The notes under the pieces: model-generated
Databases searched by the model: none
The model's input: only the letters and a program-made list of their open reading frames with translations
What the model was told of the DNA's origin: nothing
Position numbers and translations under genes: made by a program
In this document: piece by piece, positions 11,867-25,692 of the stretch
Position numbering within the stretch: the stretch's first letter is position 1
Layout of the letters: each line of letters starts with the position of its first letter
Source: Mobula hypostoma
Lineage: Eukaryota
Assembly (NCBI RefSeq): GCF_963921235.1
Contig: NC_086097.1
Span: forward strand, 172,424,001 to 172,488,000
DNA: 64,000 nucleotides
Direction of reading: 5' to 3'

Positions 11867-14800
11867 TTCAGACGTGATAGAATGGGAGGGATTAAAGGAG
11901 AAGTGGTGGTGTTACTAGTCAGGGAAAATGTCAGAGCAGTGGTAAGTCAGGACAGACTGGAGAACTCATCTAGTGACTTTTGCAAGAAACATAAAGAAGT
12001 GATAGTAGATGATTTTAACTTTCCACATATTGACTGGGAATCCCATACTGTAAAACGACTAGAGTTTGTAAAATGTGTTCAGGAACAAGTCCCAATGAGA
12101 GAGTGTGCAATACTTAAACTCCTATTAGGGAATGAGATGGGGAAGTTGACAGAAGTTTGTGTAGGGGAACACTTTGCATCTAGTGATCATAATGCCAATG
12201 GTTTCAAAGTAATTATGGAAAAGGATAAATCTGGTCCTTGGATTGAGATTCTAAATTGGAGAAAGGCCAATTTTTGATTATATCAGAAAGGATCTTGCAA
12301 GAGTGGATTGGAGCAGATTGTTTTATGGCAAAGGTGTACTTGGTAAGTGAGAGGCCTACAAAAGTGAAATTTTGAGAGTACAAAGCTTGTACGTGCCTGT
12401 CAGAATAAAAGGCATGGATAACAGGTTTAGGGAACCTTGGTTTCAAGAGATATTGATGCTCTAATTAAGGAAAAAAAAGGAGGTGCATAGCAAGTACAGG
12501 CAGGTTGGAAGAAACGAGGTACTTGACGAGTATAAGAACACTTAAGAAGACAGACTGGAGAGCTAAAAGAAGACATATAGTTGCCCTGGCAGATATAGTG
12601 AAGGAGAATCCTAAAGCTTCTACAGATATGTTAAAAGAAAAAGAATTGCAAGGAACAAAATTGGTCCTCTGGAATATCAGAACGGTAATCTATGCGTGAG
12701 CCAACAAAGATGGGAGAGATCTTAAATGGGATTCTTGCATCTGTATTTACTCAGAAGATGGACACAGAGTCTATAGAAGTGAGGGAAAGCAGCAGCAATG
12801 TCATGGACCCTGTACAGATTACAGAGGAGGAGATATTTCTTGTCCTGGGGTAAATCAAGGTGGACAAGTCCCCAGGGCCTGACAAGGTCTTCCCTCAGAA
12901 ATTGTGGGAGGCAAGTGCAGAAATTGCAAGGGCCCTAGCAGAGATATTTAAATGATCCTTAGCTACAGGCAAGGTACCAAAGTATTGGAAGATAACTAAT
13001 GTTGTTCTGCTGTTTAAGAAATACTCTAAGAATAAATCAGGAAAGTATAGGCCTGTGAGCCTGACATCAGTAGTGGGAATGCTATTGGAAGGCATTCTAA
13101 GGGACCGGATATATGAGAATTTGGATAGACACGTATTGATTAGGGATAGTCAGTATGACTTTGTGTGTGGTAGTTCACGTCTAACCAATCATATGGAATT
13201 TTTTGAGAATGTTACCAGGAAAACTGATGAAGGCAAAGCAGTGGATGTTACCTACATGGACTTCAGCAAGGTCCCTCATGGGAGGTTGGACAAAAATGTT
13301 TGACTTCTTGGCATTGAAGATGAGGTAGTAAATTGGATTAGACATTGACTTTGTGGGAGAAGCCAGAGAGTGGTAGTAGAAGGTTGCCTCTTTGACTGGA
13401 GGTCTGTGACTAGTGGAGGGCCACAGGGATTGGTACTAGGTCCATTGTTGTTTGTCATTTGTATCAATGATCTAGATGATAATGTGGTTAACTGGATCAG
13501 CAAATTTGTGGATGACACCAAGACTGGGGGTGTAGTGGATAGTGAGGAAGGCTATCTTGACTTGCAGCAGTATCTGGACCAGGTGGAAAAATGTGCTGAA
13601 AAATAGCAGATGGAACATAATGTAGACAAGTGTAAAGTGTTGCACTTTGGGAGAAGCAACCAGGGTAGGGCACCAAGGAGAGTGGTAAAACAAAGTGATC
13701 TGGCAATTCAGGCCTAGCTTGGAGTATTGTGTGCAGTTTTGGTCACCTAACTACAGGAAAGATATAAACAAGATTGAGCGAGAGCAGAGAAAATACATAA
13801 GGATATTGCCGGGACTGAAGGACCTGAGTTATAAGGAAAGATTGAACTTTATACCTTGGAACATAGGAGAGATTTGATGGAGGCATAAAAAATTATGAGG
13901 GGTATAGACAGGGAAAATGCATGCAAGCTTTTTCCACTGATATTTGGTGAGACTGCAACTAGAGGTCATAGGTTAAGCAGAACGGTTAAATGCTTAAGAG
14001 GAACATGAGAGGAAGCTTCTTCATTCAGAGGGTCATGAGAGTGTGGAACGGGCGGCTAGCACAAGTGATACATGCGATTTCCAATTCAACGTTTAAGAGA
14101 AGTCTGGATAGGTACATCAATGGGAGAGGTACGGAGGGCTATGGTCCAGATGGATGCCGGTCAAAGGGAGTAGGCAGTTTAAACGGTTCAGCACAAACTA
14201 GATGGGCTGAAGGACTAGTTTCTGTGCTCTTAGTTTTCTATGACTCAATGACAGTATGGCAAACTGTCTGCTGGAGGAACTCAGTGAGTCAAGCAGCATT
14301 TGTGGGGCAAAGAGATTGTCGATATTTTCTGTTCAATTTATTGTCATAGGCATATATACACAGGGTATAAATGTCATAAAATCTTGCCCTTTGAAGCAGC
14401 AGCAAAGTACATTAAAAACATGACATACACAAGTTAACAGAAACTTGAATTAACATAAATTATACATAACTTAGACAACAAAATAATCATGATGGAACTT
14501 AGTACAAGAAAGAGTTTCAGGTCAAAGAATTCATGACAATTTATTTCTCCCCCACAGATGCTGCTCGACCCACTGAGTTTCTCAGCAGCTTGTTTGCAAC
14601 TCCACATTCCAGTATCTGCATTCTGTTATGTCTCCATGCAGGAATCTAATTAGGCCCTCTCTTAACCAAACTAAAAAATGTCCCTTGGGACCTTTCTTCA
14701 TCATTGTCAACCAATGTTGATCCCGCTGCCGGCATTACCAAATTGAGCTGATTATCCAGTCGTTATCATGTTGCTGCTTGTGTGATCTTACTTTGTGCCC

Positions 14801-15439
14801 ACAAGCCCTGCAATGCCACACTGACCAGTCTTCAGGAGTATTTCAGTGGCTGTGAAGCATTTATTTGTGGCACTGTAGAAATGGAAGTCTTTCTTTCATG
14901 TTAAGCACAGGCTTGGTTATGAAGGAAAAAAAATAAACCAATCCTAAAGCTGCTTAGCTCCCTTTCAGCCCTGGGGGAGCAGATTTCTCTATCATAAGCA
15001 GGCAGTCACTTAAGCTCTTTATTTTTTCCAGAGTTTGACTGCAATGAGCCAGTGGAACTATTCATCGATCGGGCTGCTACACATCAGACAAGCACTGAGC
15101 TCTGCCTTGTGTCATTTTGCTTAACTGCCAGTCAGCAAGTGTGTGGACAACTTGCTTTTTCTCTCACTTCTAACTTAGCACTTTCCCAGGGAAGCATTTC
15201 ATCTCCTGCTCGTTCCCAGGGACCATTTCAGCGTCTTGTTCCCGCTCAATGCACAATGTGTTGCGTTCTTGCCACGCTGCAGTGTGAGTGATTTAGTCAA
15301 TGAATGAGATCTGACTCATCTCCAGAGTTTTCAAAAAGGAGTCTCTTCCATTAAAGGGTATTAGTGACTGCCGCTTTTTTATTCAAATGAAAGAGAAGAA
15401 CTTACACTTACTCAAGAAACCGACCTATCAGTCCAGACG

Positions 15440-16025
15440 GAAAAGTGCTGGAGAAATGAAATGGGTCAGGCAGCATCAGTGGAGGGAAATGGACAGTCGA
15501 TGTGATGGGTTGAGACCTCTCACCTGGATTGTAAGAAGGAGGAGAGGTAGCCAGTACAAATAGGTGGGAGGGTGGTGTAGAATAAGAGGTGGATCCAGGA
15601 GAGGGTGCGATAGGCAGATGAGAGAGTGGGATGAGTGGGGATGGTATCACAAGTTAGAGCTGGATGGCGGAATTGACAAAGGGATGACGATTATGGAATC
15701 TGATTAGAGAGGAAGGGAGAGCATAGAAAATAGGGAGGAAGTTGGGGAGGGGAATCAGTGAGGTGAGAATTCAAATGAGGAATGTTGGGTGATGGGCAGA
15801 TGGAGAGGATGAGGAAGTAGAAAGACGAAATGAGATGGGAGTCACTGGTATCAGGGGAGCGAGAAGAAAAAATGGGGCAAAGGGAGCAACATACACATAA
15901 TGCTGGAGGAACAGACAGACGACTGCATATTCCCCTCCTTAGATGCTGCTTGATTTGCTGAGTTTCTCCAGTATTTTGTGTGTTGCTCTAAATTTCCAGC
16001 ATCTGCAGAATCTCTTGTGTTTAGA
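15440..16025. mobile_element. Old Penelope pLTR-derived inverted elements
   Basis: GGTCAGGCAGCATCAGTGGAGGGAAATGGACAGTCGA (inverse pLTR) and AGATGCTGCTTGATTTGCTGAGTTTCTCCAG...TTTCCAGCATCTGCAGAA (forward pLTR end). Confidence 0.65.
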
Positions 16026-17319
16026 GGGGAGCAGTTTCTTCAGAAGCATTCTCATGACTGAAAAGTATTTGGGATTTCCCTAGCTTGCTCAAGACACTGT
16101 AGATATGAAAATCTTTCATGTTAAATGCAGACTTGATTATGAAGTTTACCACCTACCACTCTTGCACCACCACTCCCATCCACTTCATCAGGTCTCCCTT
16201 AGGCCTCAACTCTCCAGAAAATACAACACACATTTGTCCTCACACCCTTTAAATCAGGCAGCATCCTATGATCCTCTTCTGCAATCCTTCCTGTAATGAA
16301 TGACCAGAACTGAACTCAATACTCCAAGATCGGCCAAAACAAAATTTTGTGTTGCTGCAACATGAGTTCCTGATTTTTATACTCAATGCCCTGAGCACTG
16401 AAGACCAGCATGCTACATGCCTTCTTTACCATAATATCTACATGTGCAGTCACTTTCAGGGAATTATGGACTTGGACCCCAACATCCCTCCATACAGAAA
16501 ATGTAAAATGTTCATGATATGAATACTGAGTTTTCCAACTTCAGGTAACGCATGCTCTATGTGTTGTTTTCCCTCTCCCAGCAGCCCACCGAAGTTCTCT
16601 CTCCCTGTCTTCATATTTTCCATCTCTCACCAAAACCCCCTTATGACTTAGACACATCACTCTCTGAAAGTGTGGAGACACACGCGCTGTCCCCAGCATG
16701 TCATTGGATGGTGTTGTAGATGTTTTGATGTACATGGGACAGATAAAGCCTATCTTATGTTATCCTCTCTTAGACTCTCAGTCCTGATTCAGGGCCTTGA
16801 CCTTAAATATTGACTATCCCAACCCACTGAGGCTTCCAGTAGTTTATTTTTTGCTCCAGATCCCATCATCTACAGTCGCTTGTGTATCCATTGCTGCTTG
16901 GAACATAGATAAAATGCTAATGCCCATGAAATATCTAAAAATCAATAATAAACATAACTTGCATCTATGAAAGTTCAACATAACCTCTGAGTCTTGAACA
17001 AATCCTAATGATGGATCTCGATCTGAAATGTCCATTTCCTTCCATAGATGCTGCCTAATTCATTGAGTTCCTCCAGATCCTTTGTGTGTTGCTCAGCATA
17101 ACATCCCCACTTTCGTATTCTGTGCTGTTGTTTTTGACTTCCAGGATCACCATACTTTTGACTAAGTACATCTGTTATTTTTCTTTATCAATAATGAAGT
17201 GTCAGGCAGAATGTGAAATTCCATACAGCCAAGCTAATTGTCAGTTTTTCTGCATTGTAAGTACCTGAATCAGAAGAATTTGTATTCCAGCAACACTCTT
17301 TGAATCTTGAGCAGTCTTC

Positions 17320-17520
17320 AGAGGGAGAATGAGAGAGAAAGAGACAGATAGAGAGAAGGGGAGACAAAGGGGGAGTTGGAGGGAGAGAAGAGAGAGAGAA
17401 GTGTCAGAGCGGAGAGTGAGAAGAGAGAGGAGAGAGAAAAGAGAGAGAGAGAGAGGATAGAGAGAAGAGAGAGGAGAGAGAGAGGGAGAGAGACAGACAG
17501 GCAGACAGCAGGCAGACAAA
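17320..17520. repeat. GA-rich simple repeat
   Basis: (GA)n-like purine tract. Confidence 0.9.
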
Positions 17521-18922
17521 AGTGAAGGCAGCCACGTAAACTGACCCTTGAAGATACTGTGAGCAGGAGAGAGTGTGAAATGACAGGACAGATGATGAAA
17601 TATCTAGACTGAAACCGATGTATTGCTGTTGAGAAGCGTGGTGACCTTCAGTACCAGTAGCTATGCACTACCGACTCTGCAGAGCCTGATCGTGACTCTC
17701 CTGAAATACTGCTAATTGCCAATCCCTTTTATCTTCCAGCAGGGTCTGACAGTGAATCATCGGATTGCCACAGCTGACTGAGTCACTATTAACTCCTATT
17801 AATCCAATCAATGGCATGTGCCGGATTTTTTTCCACTGGCCTGAAAATTACTTCCCTCTCATACCTTTAAGACCAAGAGATTGTGCTCCCACCCTCTTTC
17901 TGGAAGTAATTTCCAGATCCTAACTATTCTCTGCATAAAGAAATTTGCCTCATATCCCCTTTGTAGCTGCTTCCCAAAACTTTGAACCTGTGCTGATTAA
18001 AAAAAAATTACAAATGTTGGAATCTGCAACAGCAAAAAAATCTGGAGGAACTTAGCAGGTCAAGCAAATCTGGATGCAGAGTTCTCTCCAGCCTTCACAG
18101 ATGCTGCTCGACCCGCAGTGTTCCTCCAGCAGATTGTGTGTTGCTTTACATCTGTGCTGCCTGGTTCCTGAATCGTCTACTAATGGAAACATCATCCTTC
18201 TATTTATCTGTACATCTCTGGGAAATTGACACTCTATTTGTGACCTTCATATCATTCTTCAAATGCCATGACTGGAACATAAACTTTGAACACAGAACAG
18301 TGCTGTATAATATGGACCATTCACCAACAATGTTGTGCTGATCTACTCCAAGGTTAATCTATCCCTTCCTTCCTACACAGCCAATAACTCTCCATTTCTC
18401 TTTCATCCATGTGCCTATCTAAGAGTCTCTTCAATGTCCCTAATGTATCTGTCCCTACCATCGCCACCAGCAGTGCATTCTAGATACTTACCACTCTCTG
18501 TCTATAAGCCCTATCTCTAACATCTCCCCTAAATTTTTCACCACTCATCTTAAAAGGAATGTCCTCTGGTATCAGCTATTTCCACTCTGGGAGAAAAGGC
18601 ATTGGCTGTCCACTGTCTTTGTCTCTTACAATCTTATGTACTTCTATCAAGTGACTTGGAAGTGGACACAGTAATCCATTCATGGTATAAGATTATATGG
18701 GTTCAGACCAGGTTTACTATCAACGATATATATATAGTTGAATTAAATAAGTAGTGAAAAAATAAAATTAAAAACAAAAAAGTAACGAGGTGGTGTTCAT
18801 GGGTTTGATGTCCATTCAGAAATCTGATGGCAGGGGGAAAAGCTGTTCCAGAGTCACTGAGAGTGTGCTTTCAGGCTTCTGTACCTTCTCCCTGATGGTA
18901 GAAATGAGAACAAGGCACATCC

Positions 18923-19968
18923 ATAAGACCATAAGACAAAGGATCAGAAGTCAGCCATTCGGCCCATCAAGTCTGCTCTGCCATTTTATCATGAGCTGAT
19001 CCATTCTCCCATTTAGTCCCACTCTCCCGCCTTCTCACCATAAACTTTGGTGCCCTGGCTTCTCAGGTATCTATCAATTTCTGCCTTAAGTACACCCAAT
19101 GGCTTAGCCTCCGCTGCTGCCCGTGGCAACAAATTCCATAGATTCACCACCCTCTGGCTAAAAAAAATTCTTCGCATTTCTGTTCTGAATGGGCTCCCTT
19201 CAATCCTAAAGTCATGCCCTCTCATACTAGACTCCCCCATCATGGGAAACAACTTTGCCACATCCACTCTGTCCATGCCTTTCAACAATCAAAATGTTTC
19301 TATGAGATCCCCCCTCATTCTTCTAAACTCCAAGGAATACAGTCCAAGAGCGGACAAAAACATTCCTCATATGTTAACCCTCTCATTCCCGGAATCATTC
19401 TAGTGAATCTTCTCTGTACTCTCTCCAACGTCAGCACATCCTTTCTTAAATAAGGAGACCAAAACTGCCCACAGTACTCCAAGTGAGGTCTTACCAGTGC
19501 CTTATAGAGCCTCAACATCACATCCCTGCTCCTATACTCTATTCCTCAAGAAATGAATGCCAACATTGCATTCACCTTCTTCACCACTGACTCAACCTGG
19601 AGATTAACCTTAAGGGTATCCTGCACGAGGACTCCCAAGTCCCGTTGCATCTCAGAACTTTGAATTCTTTCCCCATTTAAATAATAGTCTGCCCGTTTAT
19701 TTCTTCTGCCAAAGTGCATAACCATACACTTTCCAACATTGTATTTCATTTGCCACTTCTTTGCCCATTCTTCCAATCTATCCAAGTCTCTCTGCAGACT
19801 CTCCGTTTCCTCAGCACTACCGGCCCCTCCACCTATCTTTGTATCATCAGCAAACTTAGCCACAAAGCCCTCTATTCCATAATCCAAATCGTTGATGGAC
19901 AATGTAAAAAGAAGCGGCCCCAACACGGACCCCTGTGGAACAACACTGGTAACCGGCAGCCAACCAGA
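18923..19968 (-). mobile_element. CR1 LINE 3' part (second subfamily, CTTATGGT tail) inserted in a Rex/Babar fragment
   Basis: GPLLFTL..KFADDTKIGG, LYKALVRPHLEYC, FFSQRVVNLWNLLP; Rex sequence AAGGCACATCC|...|TATCCTGGGTGATGG rejoins across it. Confidence 0.92.
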
Positions 19969-20715
19969 ATATCCTGGGTGATGGGGGTCCTTAATGATGG
20001 ATGCTGCCTTCTTGAGGCATCACGCCTTGACGATATCACTTCAATGTCACTTCATGCTTCTCTGTCGAAAGAAGGACATCTTCAAAAGGTAGTGCCTCAA
20101 GAAGGCATTGTCCATCATTAAGGATCCTCACCATCTAGGACATGTCTTCACTATTCTTCGTTTGCACTTTGTTTATTTTATTTTTTATTGTTACATATTG
20201 TCTTTTTATATGCCTTGCCACATGGTTGCCACATAAATATCAAAGTTCACGACATCTGACTGTGATAATAAACCTGATTCTAATCTTCATAAATCAATTT
20301 GATGTGATTTAAAAAGAAAATATGCTTTATACCATTCTCAGCATGTCAAGGGGAGGGGCAATGATGGGAGGGACAGGGACTGACAATCAGTACTAATGAG
20401 TGCTCAAGCCATGATGAAATTTCACTTTTAGGTGTGTATGCACCTACGGCCAAAATAAGCTTCAACATAATTGCCTGGCAGCTGGCAAAACTACTGGCAG
20501 CCTGCCAGCATTCCTATGCCACTGAATCCCAAGAGCAGTAGGAATAGCATGGGAGATGGGGGTTTGGGGATGGTGGAAAGATAGACAACAACATACCCCA
20601 GGAGTTCCTGATGTAGCCCTTACGTGTGAGGAATACTAAGGGTGAGCTGTAACCCGAAGCTTGGCCTTTGCAAGGCTCATTTTACGCTCAATGCCGCAGG
20701 GTAATACGCATTTTA

Positions 20716-21020
20716 GGGAGGGAGTGGGAGGGACGGAGCGGGAAGCAAGTAGAAGGAGGGGGCGGTACAGGGAAGGAAAGAAGGGAGGAAAGAAGGGGGG
20801 AAGACAGGAAAGGAGGGAGAGAAAAAGAGAAAAGGAGAGAGGGAAAGAAGCAGAGAGAAAGAAAGACGGGGAGAGAAGGAAGGAGAGTGAAAGAAAGACA
20901 AGGGGGGAGGGAAAGAAAGGGAAACAGGGTGAGGGAAAGGGAGGGAAGGAGGGAGATGAGAAGAAGAGAAAGAGAGGGAACAAAGGCAGAAGGGAGAAGA
21001 GAGGGAGGGAGGGAGGGAAT
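20716..21020. repeat. Long polypurine low-complexity tract
   Basis: ~300 bp almost entirely A/G on the + strand. Confidence 0.92.
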
Positions 21021-22377
21021 GTAGACTCAGACCATGAGAGGCCTGCATCGGGCATTTTCATGCTTTACAAGGCGCAGATTGGAAGAAGAGAGAGAGAGAA
21101 GGAAACAGGGCTGAAAGGATCAGGGGCAATTTAAATCTATGAAAAGATTCATCATTGTTTTCATTTTTAACATTTTCTTGATAAGTAGAGCCTTTTTGTA
21201 AGTTTTTGAAATTATATTATATTTTTTTCTGATTCCCTTAAGAATATTTCAGTTTGCTGGAACTTGCAGTGTTATAAAAGCAGTTAATAAGGGTTGATGT
21301 TTTCAGGAGGCGAGGCAGCAGTATAGACTGATGACAGGCAATTAGGTCATTTTTAATGACTGAGTCCAGCACCTAACTCTCAGCAGTGGTATCCCAGAGG
21401 CTATTTCCTAATTAGGTAATAGTTTCTTAAAATTGTTCATTCAGCCAGCACCTCACAATAACTAACTGTTCCATTACACACCAACATTACACCGGCAAGT
21501 TTATTTGTCTTTTAGCACTTCTTCTTTTCACTCCAGGCAGTCTGCTTTGTTCTTCCCAGTCCCAGTAATTGGTTGAGTCCCCTGAGTGTCTGTGGGCAGA
21601 TTACTTCCAAGAGGAATAGAGCACTGAAAAAAACGATGCCTCTATTATCCATGTGTAACCACCCACCATCGCTATTTTACACTGCCTAAATCATCTGCAG
21701 AATTCCCAACAATTCTGTGACAAATGTTGACCTCTCTTATCAAATACCAAGGATCAACTTTATTTGCCATATATGTTTACATGTACATATTAGGAATTTG
21801 TTCTAGTGTGTTGGCACATCATGCAATAAAACCAACAACATTCAACAAATATAGGAATAAAAAATATATAAAAATAAAGTTTGAGGTTACAATATGGATA
21901 TGGAATTAAATGTGCATAAATACATAAACAGTATCTTTTATTTTTGTATTTATGCACATTTTATGGTGTGAAAGTTCAGGATTCTTGTCCAAGCATAACA
22001 GTTCCAAATTTACAGACATTGAACTGAGGAATTTACTGAACTTGGAATCTAATGGCAGGGTTCGAACTTGTCTCAGCTGTTTGAACTGCATTCTCCTTCT
22101 GAGATCACATCTGAGAAGATTCAAGCTTGAGTATAAGGGAAGACCAAGATACAGCATAGCTGGTGAGTTTTTGCTTGTGGAGTTGTGCTGCAGTGAGATA
22201 TGTACAGCGGAAATTGGTGAACTTTGGATTCACTGTAATGTTTCTGACTGACATTGCTCACAGGGCGTTCTTCAGACACAGGATAAACCTTCCTCCTAAG
22301 TCATTTGTAACTGGATGGTACGGTGCAGATGTAATATGTTTTAATCCATTTATTTTCTGGAATGACTGAAACTGTTT

Positions 22378-22627
22378 TAGGTGCAGAGCAAATATCAGGG
22401 ATAAGTTTTTTTATCCAGAGAGTGGTGAGTGCATGGAATGGGCTGCTGGCGACAGTGGTGGAGGCAGATACAATAGGGTCTTTTAAGAGACTCCTGGACA
22501 GGTATATGGAGCTCAGTAAAATAGAGGGCTATGGGTAACCCTAGGTAATTTCTCAGGTAAGGACATGTTCGGCACAGCTTTGTGGGCCAAAGGGCCTGTA
22601 TTGTGCTGTAGATTTTCTATGTTTCTA
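22378..22627 (+). mobile_element. CR1 3' end inserted in the Gypsy integrase
   Basis: Same 3'UTR and TTCTATGTTTCTA tail as 7900-8166; integrase frame (VAK|QFQS) rejoins across it. Confidence 0.88.
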
Positions 22628-22885
22628 CGTTTTGCAACAAATTGTGTTCCATTGTCACTGACTAACTGTTCTGGAACTCCAGTCCTTGAGAAGAGGTTTT
22701 TCAACACATCAGTGGTGTGCAAGGCAGTAGTGGAGGCTATTGTGAAAATTTCTGGCCATTTTGATGTCGCATCCACTGCTAACAAGAAATTTGTGCCCAT
22801 GAATAGTCCGGCAAAATCCACATGAATCCTCTGCCCAGGCAAAGCAGACCATTCGCAGGGATGGAGAGGCGCTGCTCTTGGCATC

Positions 22886-23461
22886 TTACATTAGATTCAA
22901 CTTTATTGTCATTGTGCCGAGAACAGATACAAAGCCAATGAAATGCAGTTAGCATCTGACCAGAAATGCAAAGAATAGTATTATTTACAAAATTACTGTG
23001 AATAAAAAGTAAGTGCTACAGCACACAAATATAAAAGTAGTGAGACAGTACAATATGGGTGCAATACTGCTTAGCGCTGTGATGTGAGGTTCAGCAGGGT
23101 CACAGCCTCAGGGAAGAAGCTCTCCCTGTGACTGCTGGTGCGGGAGCGGAGGCTCCTGTAGTGCCTACTGGATGGGAGGAGAGTAAAAAGTCCATGGTTA
23201 GGGTGAGATGCATTCTTGATAATGCTTTTCACCCTGCCCAAGCAGCATTTATGGTAGATGTTCTCAATGGTGGGCAATTGGGTGCCGATAATCCTCTGGG
23301 CAGTTTTCACCACACACTGGAGTGCTTTGTGGTCTGATACGGGACAATTGCCATACCACACTGAGATGCAGTTGGTGAGTATGCTCTCAATGGTACAGCA
23401 GTAAAAGTCCGTCAGTATCCTGGGACAGAGGTGAGCTTTCTTGATGCTCCGCAGGAAATAT
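22886..23461 (-). mobile_element. Rex/Babar 3' fragment inserted in the Gypsy integrase
   Basis: YFLRSIKK..CTIESILTNCISVWYG..SFFPEAVTLLN; AATAAA-containing tail. Confidence 0.88.
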
Positions 23462-24081
23462 TCTGGACGTGTTAGCATCCTAAGCAATGCATGGCAAGAT
23501 GCTCAACCTGCTGATTTATCCCAGGCTACCCAGACAAATCTTTGAGCCAATTCTTTCATTTTGACCATGCCTAGATGACAGGTATGTAGCTCCTCCAGCA
23601 CTTTAGCTCTCAGCTTGGATGGTACAACAGCTCTCAATCCCCACACAAGGCAGCACCCATCAAGGGCAAGTTCATCCTGGCAATTTCTGCTCATATTCCT
23701 GCCACTTAGATCGCCATGTAGACCTGAAACTGTGTGGGTTCTTTTCTGGTTTTGCTTAGGATCTCCTCTGCCTTAATAGGGAGACTTTTGATTTGCAGTA
23801 GGGAGAACACATTTCCTCTTTTGTAAATTTTACAGGTAGTATCTTTTCCAAGGGTAAACATGACAGTACATCACCAATTCCATGATTAGCTGTCGTCTTG
23901 AGTTCAATCTTTTAATTGTGTCCTCCAGCTTCCATGCGATCTAGCTCACTGGTTACTTTATCACTGTAATAAGCTCTCCATCCCTTAATTGGCTAATTAT
24001 TGTTTAACCAGCATTGTTAATTGTTTAACTTGTTAAGTTTATTTTGATAGGCTCAGGGATTCTGTGTTAACTGTATAATTT

Positions 24082-24958
24082 TTGATATGTTCAGATTCAT
24101 CCTCAGTTCTAGCAAGTTTAAGGTCTTTTCATACAAACAGTCGGCAAGATGTACTTTATGAAGTCCTTCAGTTAGTTACAAGAATTGCAAATCAGGGAGG
24201 TCAGGTAAAATTTCTATGGGTTCCAGCACATGTAGGGGTGAGGGGGAATGAGAGGGTGGATGAGTTGGCAAAGAGGGCGTTAAAGAAAGAAAATGTGGAA
24301 ATGCACATTAGTATCAGTAAAGCAGAGGTTAAGTGTGTAATCTGGGAAAAAGTCAACCGATTGTGGCAAGAAAGATGGGACAGGGAGGGGAAAGGGAGGC
24401 ATTTATATCAAATACAAAAGAGTGTTACAGTTACTAGGGTAGGTAATGGAAACAGAAGAGAGGAAATTGTGTGGACTAGGTTAAGGCTGGGGCATTGTGC
24501 ATTAAACAAAATATTGAAAATGATAGGGAAACACCAGACAGGATTGTGTGAGGAATGTCAGGAAGAGGAGTCAGTAGAACATGTAGTTTTGTGTTGCAGG
24601 AAGTATGGGATACAGAGAGAGATGATGAGAAATAAATTAAGGGAGTTGGGGATGCAGGAATTCACATTAAAAGGGTTGCTGGGCATGGGTGAGAGAGCAC
24701 AAGTCCGGGTATTTTTAGCGTTTTTAAGGGGTACAGGGGTTTTTTATAGAATATGACGAATAAACAGGAATAGGATACTAGGATGGTCAAAGGTGGGAGG
24801 GTGAAGTGTAGGTTTGTATATATATATATGTGTGTGTGTGTGTGATTGGGTGAAGGGATTTAGAATGTATGTCTAGTGCACATTCTGGAGCAGAGGGTGG
24901 CGGTAATGCACCATTAAGCTGGATGCCAACTGCCGTAAAACAAGATACAGACATTCAA
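24082..24958 (+). mobile_element. 5'-truncated I/Nimb-clade LINE (RNase H plus CCHC, 3'UTR) with 13-bp TSD
   Basis: Open ORF 24082-24756: SDS..WVPAHVGVRGNERVDELAK, RLRLGH, CEEC..ESVEHVVLCC; TSD AACTGT(A/G)TAATTT at 24069-24081 and 24959-24971. Confidence 0.88.
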
Positions 24959-25692
24959 AACTGTGTAATTTGAGCGCAGGTTTCTCTGCGGTTATCACAG
25001 TCTCCTAGTTTTGAGAATGTTTCATCTCGTGGGGCCACTCAGTTGAGCCTCTGACTTTTTCTAGGAATTCCTCTGTGTAAACTCTGTTTTCCATCTCTAC
25101 TTGGGAGTCTGTCTTTCCTCCACATTAGAGTCTCATCATTGCCAGCACTTGGACATCGGTCAGCTGGAGGTAAGGATGCCATCTATTCTCTAGTCACACT
25201 CCGAGTTCACGTTCAAAGCTTCTCTATTCTACACTCAAGGCTTTTTCTGAGATTCACAGGGTCGACAAGGTCTGCAAGATTTTCTTTGTTTCCATGGTTT
25301 ATTTCATGTTCCTGAGCTTTATTCAAAGTTTCCTCAATTTTTTTCACTGTCTCAAGTTCCCTGAGCTTTTCTCAAGTTAACCAGGCATAACTTGAGTTCC
25401 CCAGGTCTGCCTCAAGCTTACCAGTTTTGTCTCCTGGAGTCCCTAGACCTCAAGCTCCCCAGGTCTCCCTGAGCAGTCAGGTGCCGGCCATAGGGAGAGG
25501 TATACTGTAATGAGCTCTCCAGGCCTGTGCTGGGAGCTGGAGAGCATTTGCCTCTGAGGTTTCTGGAGTGCCTTAATTAGAGAATTGTTGTTTAACTAGT
25601 ATTGTTAACTGTTTAACCTTGTAAAGTTTATTTTAATAGGCTTGAGAATTCTGGGTCACCTGTACAATTTAAGCATACATTCCTCAGTGCTT

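Larger units (their letters stand above)
10340..14250 (+). mobile_element. Older, decayed CR1 LINE (ORF1 end, APE, RT, 3'UTR) hosting two younger insertions
   Basis: DIVAITE, DFNFPHIDW, SDHN, YRPVSLTS, YMDFSK, PQGLVLGPLLF, KFVDDTK across many stops and frameshifts. Confidence 0.9.

Noticed and set aside
20636..21134. Lys/Arg/Glu-rich or Phe/Leu/Ser-rich proteins
   Set aside because: The ORFs are artefacts of a stop-poor purine tract
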